A stretch of DNA of 32,000 nt from Pseudothioglobus sp. nBUS_23 (GTDB taxonomy: Bacteria > Pseudomonadota > Gammaproteobacteria > PS1 > Pseudothioglobaceae): assembly GCF_051201565.1 (NCBI RefSeq), contig NZ_CP179200.1:720001-752000 (forward strand), in the 5' to 3' direction. A program made the translations under genes and the position numbers. Below are positions 1 to 7,943 of the stretch, piece after piece (within the stretch, counting starts at the first letter, position 1; every line of letters begins with the position of its first letter). The notes below the pieces were generated by a model. That model was given only the letters and a program-made list of their open reading frames with translations, was not told the DNA's origin and did no database searches.

Positions 1-315
1 CTTGAGGTGTTTTGCCACAGCAAATGCATAGTTTTTGTGAGATGCCGTTGCAAGAACAATTTGACATCCTTGTTTTTTGCGCTCCATAATATAGCTGATA
101 ACGTTATCGTTATAAGGCAGTTCGGGAATATTAATCTCAAATCTTCTGACGAGTTGATCTTTTAAAAACCCTTTTCCTTTTGACAGCCAAAAAAGATAAT
201 GACCTAAAAGCCATGGCCTCTTAGTGAGAACGCCGAGCGATGATAAAAACAATAGGTCCGTATCGATAAGGGTGTGATCCAGATCGACAATTAACGGAAG
301 GTTGTCATTGTCCAC
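1..315 (-). CDS. HAD-superfamily hydrolase, N-terminal part (partial; continues beyond window start)
   Basis: Not in the ORF track because it runs off the window. The reverse complement of 315..1 translates without stops: (GTG)DNDNLPLIVDLDHTLIDTDLLFLSSLGVLTKRPW...QIVLATASHKNYAFAVAKHLK. It carries HAD motif I DxDxT (DLDHT) and a Ser/Thr motif II (LATAS). The GTG at 315-313 overlaps the uup stop (307-305), which suggests translational coupling. Confidence 0.6.
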   Translation of the reverse strand, partial: MDNDNLPLIVDLDHTLIDTDLLFLSSLGVLTKRPWLLGHYLFWLSKGKGFLKDQLVRRFEINIPELPYNDNVISYIMERKKQGCQIVLATASHKNYAFAVAKHLK

Positions 316-2155
316 TGTCTAGTTCACTCCATTTGTCATAAAGCAGTTCTAATTCTTGTTCCATAGACCTCAGGTTAATCGTTAAGTTTTGGGCGTCTGG
401 GTTCTGATAAAAGTCTGGATCAGAGAGTAATTTCTGAGCCATAGAAATCTCGTTCTCTAAATCTTCGATATTTCCAGGTAAAGATTTTAATAGTTGCTGG
501 TCATTGTATGAAAGCTTTTGAGAAGATTTTTTAGGTTTGGCTTTGGCGCTTTGTTGTTCAGAGGGTTTAGATTTATTGTTATCTTTCTGAAGGATATAGT
601 CGTCATACCCGCCATTGTACTGTTCAATAATCGCGTTGCCCTCCATCACAATAGTTGAGCTGACGATGTTATTCAAAAATGTACGGTCATGAGATATGAG
701 TATTAAGGTGCCCTCATAATCGACCAGCATCTCCTCTAATAACTCAAGCGTTTCAACATCTAGGTCATTCGTGGGCTCATCCAGAACCAGAAGGTTGGCG
801 GGCTGAGATAAAATTTTTGCAAGCATTAATCGGTTTTTCTCACCTCCAGAAAACATCTTGATTGGAGCCATGGCTTGTTTTCCAGTAAACAAAAACTGTC
901 TCAAATAGCCAATGACATGCTTACTCTTTCCGTTGATGTCAATATAGTCTTTTCCACCGGATACAAAATCCATCGCCTTTACGTTTGGATCAAGCGTCTC
1001 TCTCATTTGATCAAAGTAGGCGAGTTGAATTGTTTTTGATCTTCTGATATTGCCTTTGTTCGGTTTTAACTCATCGAGTAGAAGTTTAATGAGTGTTGAC
1101 TTACCGGATCCATTGCCGCCTATAATTCCAATTTTCTCTCCTTTTAAGACGAGAAGAGAAAACTCTTTTACGAGCTCAAGTTCTTTAATCGAGTAGCTTA
1201 TATTTTTAACTTCAAACACAATTTTTGATACTCGTTTTTCATCCTCCAAGGTATGAATCTTGACATTACCTTGCCTTTTGCGAGTGTTAATAAACTTTTT
1301 TCGCATGGCCTCAAGCGCTCTCACTCTGCCCTCATTTCGAGTTCTTCTTGCCTTAATGCCTTGACGTATCCATGCCTCCTCTTGAGCTAGTTTTTTGTTG
1401 AACCGCGCATTTTCAAGTTCTTCACTATTGAGAAGGTTTTCCTTTCGCTTCAGATAGTCCTGATAGCCGCAGTCAAAGATTGATAGTCTGCCTCTATCAA
1501 GATCAAAAATTTTATTTACAATGCCCTTAACAAAGGAGCGATCGTGACTGATGAGTAGGAGAGTGCCATGAAAATCTTTGAGCATTTTCTCAAGATCCAA
1601 GATGGCTGTTATATCCATATGGTTGGTAGGCTCATCCAGAAGAAGAATGTCTGGCTCCTGAATAATAGCTTTAGCAAGCATTACCCTTCTTTTCCAGCCA
1701 CCTGAGAGTGTTGAGAGCTGAGTGTCAGATTTGAGTTGAAATCGGTTTAAAATTGTATCAATTTTGTGGAGGTAGTGCCATAAATCCTGGCTTTCGATCT
1801 GCTCTTGAAGTCGAGAGCTTTTTGATTCATTTCCCTCTTTCAGGGCGTCGTGGTAACTTGCAAGGATTTTTCCAGTATCGCCAAGTCCGTGAGCAACTAT
1901 ATTAAAAAGGGTGTCGCTATTGTCTTCTGGTGGTTGCTGCTCTAGGTAGCTAATGGTTGTTCTATTCTGTATTTTTAAGTCACCATCATCTGCTGAAATG
2001 AGACCAGCTAAAAGTTTTAAAAAGGTTGATTTTCCCTCACCGTTTCTTCCAATGAGTCCAATTTTATCGCCCTTATGGATGGTCGCATTAATCTCGTCGA
2101 GAATTACTTTTTCAGCAAATCTCAGAGAAATATTGTCTAAGGTAATAAGTGGCAT
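305..2155 (-). CDS. uup: ABC-F family ATPase Uup (two ABC domains, no TM segments, C-terminal coiled-coil)
   Basis: 616 aa. Walker A appears twice (GRNGEGKST, GGNGSGKST), as do the ABC signature (LSGGWKRR, FSGGEKNR) and Walker B (LLLDEPTNHMD, LVLDEPTNDLD). There is a charged inter-domain linker and a Lys/Gln-rich C-terminal tail, as in Uup. Confidence 0.9.
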   Translation of the reverse strand: MPLITLDNISLRFAEKVILDEINATIHKGDKIGLIGRNGEGKSTFLKLLAGLISADDGDLKIQNRTTISYLEQQPPEDNSDTLFNIVAHGLGDTGKILASYHDALKEGNESKSSRLQEQIESQDLWHYLHKIDTILNRFQLKSDTQLSTLSGGWKRRVMLAKAIIQEPDILLLDEPTNHMDITAILDLEKMLKDFHGTLLLISHDRSFVKGIVNKIFDLDRGRLSIFDCGYQDYLKRKENLLNSEELENARFNKKLAQEEAWIRQGIKARRTRNEGRVRALEAMRKKFINTRKRQGNVKIHTLEDEKRVSKIVFEVKNISYSIKELELVKEFSLLVLKGEKIGIIGGNGSGKSTLIKLLLDELKPNKGNIRRSKTIQLAYFDQMRETLDPNVKAMDFVSGGKDYIDINGKSKHVIGYLRQFLFTGKQAMAPIKMFSGGEKNRLMLAKILSQPANLLVLDEPTNDLDVETLELLEEMLVDYEGTLILISHDRTFLNNIVSSTIVMEGNAIIEQYNGGYDDYILQKDNNKSKPSEQQSAKAKPKKSSQKLSYNDQQLLKSLPGNIEDLENEISMAQKLLSDPDFYQNPDAQNLTINLRSMEQELELLYDKWSELDSGQ

Positions 2156-2191
2156 AAGTTAAAATTGTAACTTTAAATAACAGCTTTACTA

Positions 2192-2635
2192 ATGCGTTAT
2201 TTTATTCATTTTGTTATTGGACTTTTGCTTATTCAAGCACCTTTTGCTGAAAGTATTGAGGCAAGTGGCTTTGAAACTCAAGAGCAGCAGAGTCGATATA
2301 CACAACTCATTGAAAACATTCGCTGCCCAGTCTGCCAAGGCCAGAGCATTGGTGGATCTAACTCAGACCTGGCGCAAGACCTAAGGGCAAAGGTACGTGA
2401 CATGATTATAGATAGTCAGAGCGACTCAGAGATATACTCGTTCATGGTGGAGCGGTATGGTGACTTTGTGGTCTATAAGCCACCAGTCAACTCCAAGACT
2501 TATGTTTTATGGTTTGCCCCAGTATTGGTTTTGATCATCTCTCTTCTGTTTTTGTTTCGATCGACTCGAGCAAATAAAGAAAAAAAGATTGATGTAGACG
2601 GTGATCTCGATAGAGCCAAAAAATTATTAAAGTAA
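2192..2635 (+). CDS. ccmH: Cytochrome c-type biogenesis protein CcmH (CycL)
   Basis: 147 aa with an N-terminal signal/TM segment. It has the RCPVCQGQSI motif (the LRCxxCQ thiol-redox motif of CcmH), then ERYGDFVVYKPP and a C-terminal TM helix (YVLWFAPVLVLIISLLFLF). Confidence 0.85.
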   Translation: MRYFIHFVIGLLLIQAPFAESIEASGFETQEQQSRYTQLIENIRCPVCQGQSIGGSNSDLAQDLRAKVRDMIIDSQSDSEIYSFMVERYGDFVVYKPPVNSKTYVLWFAPVLVLIISLLFLFRSTRANKEKKIDVDGDLDRAKKLLK

Positions 2636-2640
2636 AAAAT

Positions 2641-3300
2641 ATGAATGAAAACGAAATCAGTGATTTGATAGTTAAGGCCTATACTCACCAAAAAAATGGG
2701 CAACTCTCTCAAGCCATTCAGTCATGGAATGCACTGATAAACCAAAAATCAATTACCCAGGACTTATCGGCTAATGCACACCTAAATCTCGGTAACCTTC
2801 ACCTGCAGCAAGGAAACGGTGACCTCGCCTATGAATCAATGGCAAAAGCCATCAAGGCGAACCCCAACAGCTCAGAAGCTTTTTTCTGTCTAGCCTATAT
2901 GGAGCAAGAGAAAGAGAACTTTGATGAGGCGATTGGTTTTTTTAAATCTGCGTTAAAGCTTAAGCCAGACGACGTTGGTGCACTCAACAACCTTGGGAAC
3001 TGTTATGACCGCCTTAACAAAAGTAAAGATTCCATCAGAGTCTACACTGAGGCAATATCAATCGATTCAAAATATATTGCAGCTTATTATAATCGCGGCA
3101 ATGCATACTCTAAAATAGCAGATGATAATCATGCTTTGAAAGACTTGAGCCAAGCAATTGATTTAGATAATAATTTTTATCAGGCATACTATAATCGTGG
3201 CTCTGTCTACAAAAGACTTGGACAAAGTGATTTAGCTGACAAAGATTTTGCAAAGGCACAGAAGCTAGCTAAACAAGAAATTGAACAATCAAAAAAATAG
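2641..3300 (+). CDS. Tetratricopeptide (TPR) repeat protein, no signal peptide
   Basis: 219 aa with about five 34-aa TPR units (recurring A..Y/F.N.G..Y......A...F..A....P pattern, e.g. [47 protein letters not shown]). It starts 6 nt after ccmH, and its last 20 nt overlap the lysS ATG ORF. Confidence 0.8.
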   Translation: MNENEISDLIVKAYTHQKNGQLSQAIQSWNALINQKSITQDLSANAHLNLGNLHLQQGNGDLAYESMAKAIKANPNSSEAFFCLAYMEQEKENFDEAIGFFKSALKLKPDDVGALNNLGNCYDRLNKSKDSIRVYTEAISIDSKYIAAYYNRGNAYSKIADDNHALKDLSQAIDLDNNFYQAYYNRGSVYKRLGQSDLADKDFAKAQKLAKQEIEQSKK

Positions 3301-4801
3301 GATAACAGTGAGCGACCAAGACAAAAACAAATTAATAGCTGAGAGAAAATCTAAATTAGCACTACTCAGAGAATCTGGTAACCCCTACGTTAATGACTTT
3401 ACTCCGCTCCATTTATCTTCTGAGATCCACACCAATTTTGATAGCAAGACCAATGACGAGCTGCAAGAGCTGAATGAATCGGTAACGGTCTCTGGGCGCA
3501 TCATGCTCAAGAGGATTATGGGGAAAGCCAGCTTTGTTCAGCTCCAGGATACCTCAGGCCAGATTCAGCTATTTGTCACCAGAGATGAGCTCGAAGATGG
3601 CTACTATAACGAGCAGTTTAAGAAATGGGATATTGGCGATATTATCGGAGCCACAGGAACTCTCTTCAAGACTAAGACTGGAGAGCTCTCAGTCAGAGTC
3701 AGCGAGATTAGACTATTGACGAAGTCTCTAAGGCCCTTACCTGAGAAATTTCATGGCTTGTCAGACCAAGAAACCATTTATCGACAAAGGTATGTCGATC
3801 TGATTATGAATGAAGACTCAAGAAGAGTCTTTAAGCTCAGGTCAAAAATCATTTCTTACATCAGACAGTTCTTTCTTGATCATGACTACCTTGAGGTCGA
3901 AACGCCAATGATGCAGGTCATTCCTGGAGGAGCTGCTGCTAAACCATTCATTACTCATCACAATGCTCTTGATATGGATCTTTACCTTAGAATTGCTCCT
4001 GAGCTTTACCTTAAAAGATTGGTAGTGGGCGGTCTAGATAGAGTCTTTGAAATTAATCGAAATTTTAGGAATGAGGGGCTCTCTCCAAGACATAATCCAG
4101 AGTTTACAATGGCTGAGTTTTATCAGGCCTATGCAACCTACCACGACTACATGGACCTCACAGAAAATCTATTGAGAGGTATCGCGACTGATGTTTGTCA
4201 ATCAGAGACTATACAATATCAGGGCGATGAGTTTGATTTTTCAAAGCCTTTTGAGAGAATCAGCGTCTTTGATTCAATTTTGAAACATAACCCATCTCTA
4301 TCAGCCATAGATTTGTCTGAGGACAACGCCAAAAAGACTGCCAAATCTCTAGGCATTGATATCAAAGAGAGCTGGGGTCTAGGCAAGGTGCAAATTGAAA
4401 TATTTGAGGCAACGGTTGAAGAGAAACTGATTCAGCCCACCTTTGTGATTGAGTATCCAACTGAAGTGTCACCGCTATCGCGAAGAAACGATGACAACCC
4501 ATTTATCACGGATCGTTTCGAGCTCTTTATTGGCGGAAGAGAAATTGCCAATGGGTTTTCTGAGCTCAATGATTCTGAGGACCAAGCACAAAGATTCCGT
4601 GACCAGGTTAACGAAAAGGATGCCGGAGATGACGAGGCAATGCACTATGATGCTGACTACATTAGAGCGCTCGAATATGGCATGCCTCCAACTGCAGGAG
4701 AGGGTATTGGAATCGATCGATTAGTCATGCTGTTTACAAACTCAGCTTCTATCAGAGATGTCCTGTTGTTTCCTCATATGAGACCAGAGTATGAGAAATA
4801 A
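3281..4801 (+). CDS. lysS: Lysine--tRNA ligase, class II
   Basis: 506 aa, collinear with E. coli LysS as I remember it ([32 protein letters not shown], class II motif 2 FRNEG, motif 3 [11 protein letters not shown]). An alternative in-frame GTG at 3308 would remove the overlap with the TPR gene. Confidence 0.95.
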   Translation: MNNQKNRITVSDQDKNKLIAERKSKLALLRESGNPYVNDFTPLHLSSEIHTNFDSKTNDELQELNESVTVSGRIMLKRIMGKASFVQLQDTSGQIQLFVTRDELEDGYYNEQFKKWDIGDIIGATGTLFKTKTGELSVRVSEIRLLTKSLRPLPEKFHGLSDQETIYRQRYVDLIMNEDSRRVFKLRSKIISYIRQFFLDHDYLEVETPMMQVIPGGAAAKPFITHHNALDMDLYLRIAPELYLKRLVVGGLDRVFEINRNFRNEGLSPRHNPEFTMAEFYQAYATYHDYMDLTENLLRGIATDVCQSETIQYQGDEFDFSKPFERISVFDSILKHNPSLSAIDLSEDNAKKTAKSLGIDIKESWGLGKVQIEIFEATVEEKLIQPTFVIEYPTEVSPLSRRNDDNPFITDRFELFIGGREIANGFSELNDSEDQAQRFRDQVNEKDAGDDEAMHYDADYIRALEYGMPPTAGEGIGIDRLVMLFTNSASIRDVLLFPHMRPEYEK

Positions 4802-4829
4802 TCCAGAAGCGGGTTACTAGCTCCCACAT

Positions 4830-5495
4830 ATGATTCCAGTTCTAACAATTGATGGCCCAAGCGGAGTTGGAAAAGGCACTGTCGCTAATATTGTAGCAGC
4901 TGAGCTCAAATGGCATATTTTAGATTCTGGTGCAATTTATCGTGCTTTTGCAATAGCAGCCTCCAAAAGAGATATTCAAATTGATAATACAGAGCAGCTA
5001 CTAGAGCTCGCTTCAAACTTAGACCTCAGATTTGCGCCAGATTCTGCAAATAATATCTTAGGGGTATATCTTGATAATCAAGACGTCTCTTCAGAGCTCA
5101 GAACAGAAAAAACAGCAGAGCTTGCATCAAAGTTTGCAATGATTGGACCTCTACGAGAGTCACTCCTTAAAAGGCAGCAAGACTTCAGAAAACTACCTGG
5201 ACTCGTTGCTGATGGGAGGGATATGGGGACAGTTGTCTTCAAAGATGCGCCTTATAAAGTTTTTTTAACCGCAAATGTTGAAGAAAGAGCCAAAAGAAGG
5301 CTAAAACAGTTGCACCTAAGAGGCATAACTGGTAACATTTCGCACACTTTAGAAGACGTTAGGAAAAGAGATGAAAGGGACGCAAGTCGCAAACACTCCC
5401 CCCTAAAGCCATCTAAAGACGCATTAATCATAGATACATCTGATCTAACGGTTGATGAAGTGGTTACGAAAGTAATGGCGCTAGTTAAGGTTTGA
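4830..5495 (+). CDS. cmk: Cytidylate kinase
   Basis: 221 aa with the P-loop IDGPSGVGKGT, then LDSGAIYR and DGRDMGTVVF. It sits in the conserved position upstream of rpsA. Confidence 0.93.
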   Translation: MIPVLTIDGPSGVGKGTVANIVAAELKWHILDSGAIYRAFAIAASKRDIQIDNTEQLLELASNLDLRFAPDSANNILGVYLDNQDVSSELRTEKTAELASKFAMIGPLRESLLKRQQDFRKLPGLVADGRDMGTVVFKDAPYKVFLTANVEERAKRRLKQLHLRGITGNISHTLEDVRKRDERDASRKHSPLKPSKDALIIDTSDLTVDEVVTKVMALVKV

Positions 5496-5512
5496 GCGGT
5501 CAAACCTTTTTT
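5488..5512 (+). terminator. Rho-independent terminator overlapping the cmk stop
   Basis: GGTTTGA-GCGG-TCAAACC forms a 7-bp stem with a 4-nt loop, followed by TTTTTTT (5506-5512). The cmk TGA lies inside the 5' arm. Confidence 0.6.
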
Positions 5513-5581
5513 TAATTAACCCGATAAGAGTTAAGTTTAAACCGATACAACTTAACATTTAGCGGTCAACATCGAGATATT

Positions 5582-7255
5582 ATGTCAGAATCATTTTCCG
5601 AGCTATTTGAGAATAGCGAAATACAACAAAACGTAAAACCGGGCGCCCTGTTAATGGGTACAGTCGTCAGCATGAATCGTGAAAAAGCGATCATCAATGT
5701 TGGACTTAAATCTGAAGGTTTTATTTCATTAAACGAATTTAAAGATGTCAAAGGCGAACTAGAAATCACTGAAGGTGATGTTGTTGAAGTTGCCCTTGAG
5801 TCTATTGACGACGGCCTAGGCCATACACTCCTTTCACGAGAGAAAGCTAAGCGCATTAAGATGTGGCAAGAGCTTGAGGCTGCGATGAACTCAAAAGAAG
5901 TTGTGAAGGGTATTGTTACTGGATCTGTCAAAGGTGGAATGACTGTTGATATTGGTGTAATAAAGGCCTTCTTGCCTGGTTCACTAGTTGACGTTAGACC
6001 AGTAAAAGATTTTGACTTCTTGTTAGGTCAAGAAATTGAAGCACTTGTCATTAAGATGGACGAAGTCAGAAACAACATTGTAATTTCTAGAAAGGCTGTG
6101 ATGCAGGAAGTTAATTCTGCTGACAGAGAGGCCCTTATTGAGAATCTTGATACTGGCAAAGAGGTTGAGGGTATTGTTAAGAATCTTGCTGACTACGGTG
6201 CCTTTGTTGACCTCGGTGGTGTAGATGGACTTCTTCACATTACAGATATTTCATGGCAGAGAGTTAACCACCCATCAGAGAAACTCTCTATTGGTGACAA
6301 AATAACGGTCAAAGTTCTTAGCTATGACAAAGAAAAAATGAGAGTTTCACTTGGACTTAAGCAGTTAACGCCAAGCCCTTGGGATAATATATCTGAGCGC
6401 CTACCGATGGGTAAGAAAGTTTCAGGTGTGGTCTCAAATCTGACTGATTACGGTGCATTTGTGAGAATCGAAGAGGGTGTTGAAGGGTTAGTTCACGTCA
6501 GTGAAATGGATTGGACAAATGCAAACGCAAGGCCTTCGAAGTTCGTTAAGCTTGGTCAAGAAGTTGACGTTGTGGTGCTTGATGTTCAAGAATCAAAACA
6601 CAGAATTTCTCTGAGCATGAAGCAAGCCAAAGAGAACCCTTGGGAGGCATTCGAGTCTTCACATAACAAAGGCGACACTATCAATGTAACGGTTAAGTCA
6701 ATTACTGATTTTGGTCTTTTTGTAGGGCTTCCTGGTGGAATCGATGGACTGATTCATTTGGCCGACATTTCATGGGAGAAGCAATCTGCTGATCAGGTTG
6801 TTTCAACCTACTCTAAGGGCCAAGAGCTTGATGTTGTTATCCTTAATATCGACGCTGAAAAAGAAAGAATTTCATTAGGCATCAAGCAGTTAACGTCTGA
6901 TAACTTCTCTCAATACGCTTCATCTAACTCGAAGGGCTCTATTGTTAAAGGCACAATTCAAGAAGTTGACGCAAGAGGCGCTGTAATTGAGCTTGCTGAA
7001 GGGATTACTGGCTATCTTAAAGCCTCTGAAATCTCTCAAGATAGAGTTGAAGATGCCTCCACTGTTCTTAAGGCAGGTGAAGAGGTTGAGGTTGCTATTA
7101 CTATGATTGACAAGAGAACTAGGAAAGTTAATCTTAGCATGAAGGCAAAAGACTCTGTTGAAGAGAAGGCTGCGATGGATGACTATAATAGTCAGTCAAC
7201 TCAAGCCTCAGGATCAACTCTGGGTGACCTTTTAAAAGAAGCAAAAGATAAATAA
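5582..7255 (+). CDS. rpsA: 30S ribosomal protein S1
   Basis: 557 aa with six S1/OB repeats (recurring G.V......GAFV.L....GL.H.S). Length and the cmk-rpsA-ihfB synteny match enterobacterial rpsA. Confidence 0.97.
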   Translation: MSESFSELFENSEIQQNVKPGALLMGTVVSMNREKAIINVGLKSEGFISLNEFKDVKGELEITEGDVVEVALESIDDGLGHTLLSREKAKRIKMWQELEAAMNSKEVVKGIVTGSVKGGMTVDIGVIKAFLPGSLVDVRPVKDFDFLLGQEIEALVIKMDEVRNNIVISRKAVMQEVNSADREALIENLDTGKEVEGIVKNLADYGAFVDLGGVDGLLHITDISWQRVNHPSEKLSIGDKITVKVLSYDKEKMRVSLGLKQLTPSPWDNISERLPMGKKVSGVVSNLTDYGAFVRIEEGVEGLVHVSEMDWTNANARPSKFVKLGQEVDVVVLDVQESKHRISLSMKQAKENPWEAFESSHNKGDTINVTVKSITDFGLFVGLPGGIDGLIHLADISWEKQSADQVVSTYSKGQELDVVILNIDAEKERISLGIKQLTSDNFSQYASSNSKGSIVKGTIQEVDARGAVIELAEGITGYLKASEISQDRVEDASTVLKAGEEVEVAITMIDKRTRKVNLSMKAKDSVEEKAAMDDYNSQSTQASGSTLGDLLKEAKDK

Positions 7256-7267
7256 AATAAATTTTGA

Positions 7268-7297
7268 GCTACTATGCCTTGGCATAGTAGCGTCTTT
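7268..7297 (+). terminator. Hairpin after rpsA (probable partial terminator before ihfB)
   Basis: GCTACTATGCC/GGCATAGTAGC are perfect inverted repeats (7268-7278 / 7281-7291). They are followed by GTCTTT, a weak U-tract, so read-through into ihfB is likely. Confidence 0.45.
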
Positions 7298-7301
7298 AAA
7301 T

Positions 7302-7580
7302 ATGAAAAAAATAGATCTTATTGAAGCAGTCTCAAAAGAAATAAAGATTACTCGCTCTGAAGCTAAGCAATCCGTAGAAATTATTTTAGATGAGATTAGT
7401 TCAGCAATTGTTTCTGGAAAAGGAGTCGAAGTTCGTGGCTTTGGTGGTTTTCAAAAAAGACATAGAAAAGGCAGGATGGGGATTAATCCAAAGACTGGAG
7501 AAAAGACCCAAGTTTCTGAAAAATTTGTACCTTTTTTTAAACCTGGAAAGTTACTAAAAGAAGCCGTTAATAAAGGCTAA
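7302..7580 (+). CDS. ihfB: Integration host factor subunit beta
   Basis: 92 aa from the HU/IHF family (RGFGGF, NPKTGEK, VPFFKPGKLLK; compare E. coli IhfB VPHFKPGKELR). It lies directly downstream of rpsA. Confidence 0.85.
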   Translation: MKKIDLIEAVSKEIKITRSEAKQSVEIILDEISSAIVSGKGVEVRGFGGFQKRHRKGRMGINPKTGEKTQVSEKFVPFFKPGKLLKEAVNKG

Positions 7581-7587
7581 TATACGA

Positions 7588-7616
7588 TTGATTATTGAAC
7601 CCTTGTTCAGTATAAT
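7588..7616 (+). promoter_or_regulatory. Sigma70-type promoter for tRNA-Lys
   Basis: TTGATT (7588-7593), a 17-nt spacer, then consensus TATAAT (7611-7616). The tRNA 5' end is at 7633. Confidence 0.55.
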
Positions 7617-7632
7617 TTCACGTTTTTAATTG

Positions 7633-7708
7633 GGGGCGTTAGCTCAGTTGGTAGAGCATCGGACTTTTAATCCGCTGGTCGAGCGTTCGAATCGCTCACG
7701 CCCCACCA
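7633..7708 (+). tRNA. tRNA-Lys (anticodon UUU), CCA encoded
   Basis: 76 nt. The acceptor stem is GGGGCGT/ACGCCCC and the D-arm is GCTCAGTTGGTAGAGC. The anticodon loop is CTTTTAA (anticodon TTT), the T-arm contains GTTCGAATC, and the 3' end is ACCA. It closely resembles E. coli tRNA-Lys as I remember it. Confidence 0.93.
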
Positions 7709-7716
7709 TACAACTA

Positions 7717-7746
7717 AAGGCCTTCAGAGATGAAGGCCTTTTTTTT
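7717..7746 (+). terminator. Rho-independent terminator after tRNA-Lys
   Basis: AAGGCCTTCA-GAGA-TGAAGGCCTT forms a perfect 10-bp stem with a GNRA-like loop, running into an 8-T tract (7739-7746). Confidence 0.8.
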
Positions 7747-7763
7747 GCGACATAAATCTTAGC

Positions 7764-7782
7764 ATTTCGTGTAAATTTCGTG
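7764..7782 (+). repeat. Two direct ATTTCGTG 8-mers spaced 11 bp start-to-start
   Basis: ATTTCGTG occurs at 7764-7771 and 7775-7782, one helical turn apart. The pair lies between the tRNA terminator and the integrase remnant. The geometry is typical of arm-type recombinase or Xis sites or iterons, but function is not shown. Confidence 0.35.
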
Positions 7783-7802
7783 CACTTAAGTGGAGGTTTA
7801 TC

Positions 7803-7883
7803 TTGGCAACAATACAAAAGGTACTAAATAGAAACAAATCATCCTATCGAGTCTTCATTCGGTTTTATTTTGCTTACAATTGA
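7803..7883 (+). pseudogene. Possible remnant of a tyrosine recombinase (integrase) N-terminus, 26 codons
   Basis: GGAGG (7792-7796) lies 6 nt upstream of a TTG start. The translation is (M)ATIQKVLNRNKSSYRVFIRFYFAYN*. The pattern ATIxK..(5-9 aa)..SYRVxIR resembles the start of many tRNA-adjacent integrases (MATIRKRG..S(W/Y)xAxIR type) as I remember them. It stops after 26 codons and no continuation exists in any frame. Confidence 0.3.
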
Positions 7884-7943
7884 TTGAAATGATATATATT
7901 AAAATTAATCAGATTAATAAGTTGATTTATCAGTACTTGACCC

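Noticed and set aside
2156-2191. The 36-bp uup/ccmH divergent spacer as an unusual bidirectional promoter
   Set aside because: It is too short to identify -35/-10 elements with any confidence. Promoters probably lie within the flanking coding sequences, so nothing specific can be reported.
2641-3300. Calling the TPR protein CcmI/CycH
   Set aside because: It has no N-terminal TM helices or signal peptide and only generic TPR similarity. Position next to ccmH alone is insufficient.
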